DNA of 64,000 nucleotides, taken from positions 6,756-70,755 of IMG/VR virus record IMGVR_UViG_3300025082_000007. One strand, given 5' to 3'. The notes below the pieces were generated by a model, which saw only the letters and a program-made list of their open reading frames with translations, searched no databases and was not told the origin of the DNA. Position numbers and translations under genes: made by a program. Shown one piece after another: positions 63,922-64,000 of this stretch. Each line of letters starts with the position of its first letter. Positions within the stretch are counted from its first letter, which is position 1. Source of the DNA: a virus.

Positions 63922-64000
63922 TGCTCGAATTGGGATCACGTTATCCCAAATTTATGGAGGAAAATATAGGTAGGCGGGGGGGGGTAGGCAATTGTGGGCA

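Larger units (their letters stand above)
48812..63947. repeat. Dispersed 16-bp palindrome GGGATCACGTGATCCC, 13 copies
   Basis: Perfect copies start at 48812, 52109, 55041, 56889, 57872; variants with 1-2 mismatches at 60087, 60842, 61830, 62292, 62400, 62674, 63412, 63932. Confidence 0.95.

Noticed and set aside
1-64000. Integrated prophage boundaries or host genes
   Set aside because: No integrase, att-like junction or bacterial housekeeping gene was seen; lifestyle cannot be determined from this window

Overview
The window is entirely tailed-phage (Caudoviricetes) DNA. The host is most likely an alphaproteobacterium, inferred from the SSB N-terminus, the DUF1376-type initiator and an FtsZ-like peptide. 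It splits into two differently organised arms. The GC-rich left arm (1 to about 46.8 kb, mostly + strand) begins with a DUF1376-type initiator, a T7 gp4/Twinkle-like primase-helicase, SSB and small early genes. These are followed by podovirus morphogenesis genes: TerS, an intein-containing TerL, a P22-like portal, three very large putative ejected/polyvalent proteins, scaffold and an N4-gp56-type major capsid protein. A reverse-strand ArdC anti-defence island lies between scaffold and capsid. After the capsid genes comes a five-enzyme cluster (TPR-glycosyltransferase, deaminase, methyltransferase, GT8-like enzyme, radical SAM), then tail, ejection and fibre genes. A lysis cassette occupies about 46.8-48.6 kb. 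The less GC-rich right arm (48.7-64 kb, - strand) holds a second complete replication module (PrimPol-AAA, SNF2 helicase, Cas4-like DUF2800, DUF2815 SSB, PolA, resolvase, dNTP diphosphohydrolase), acidic early genes and an iteron-like origin. Each arm has its own palindromic site family: an 18-bp TGTWGCAWCGATGCKACA operator on the left and 13 copies of a parS-like 16-bp GGGATCACGTGATCCC on the right. I saw no tRNA, rRNA, CRISPR array, integrase or reverse transcriptase. Family names come from motifs recognised by eye and need HMM confirmation.
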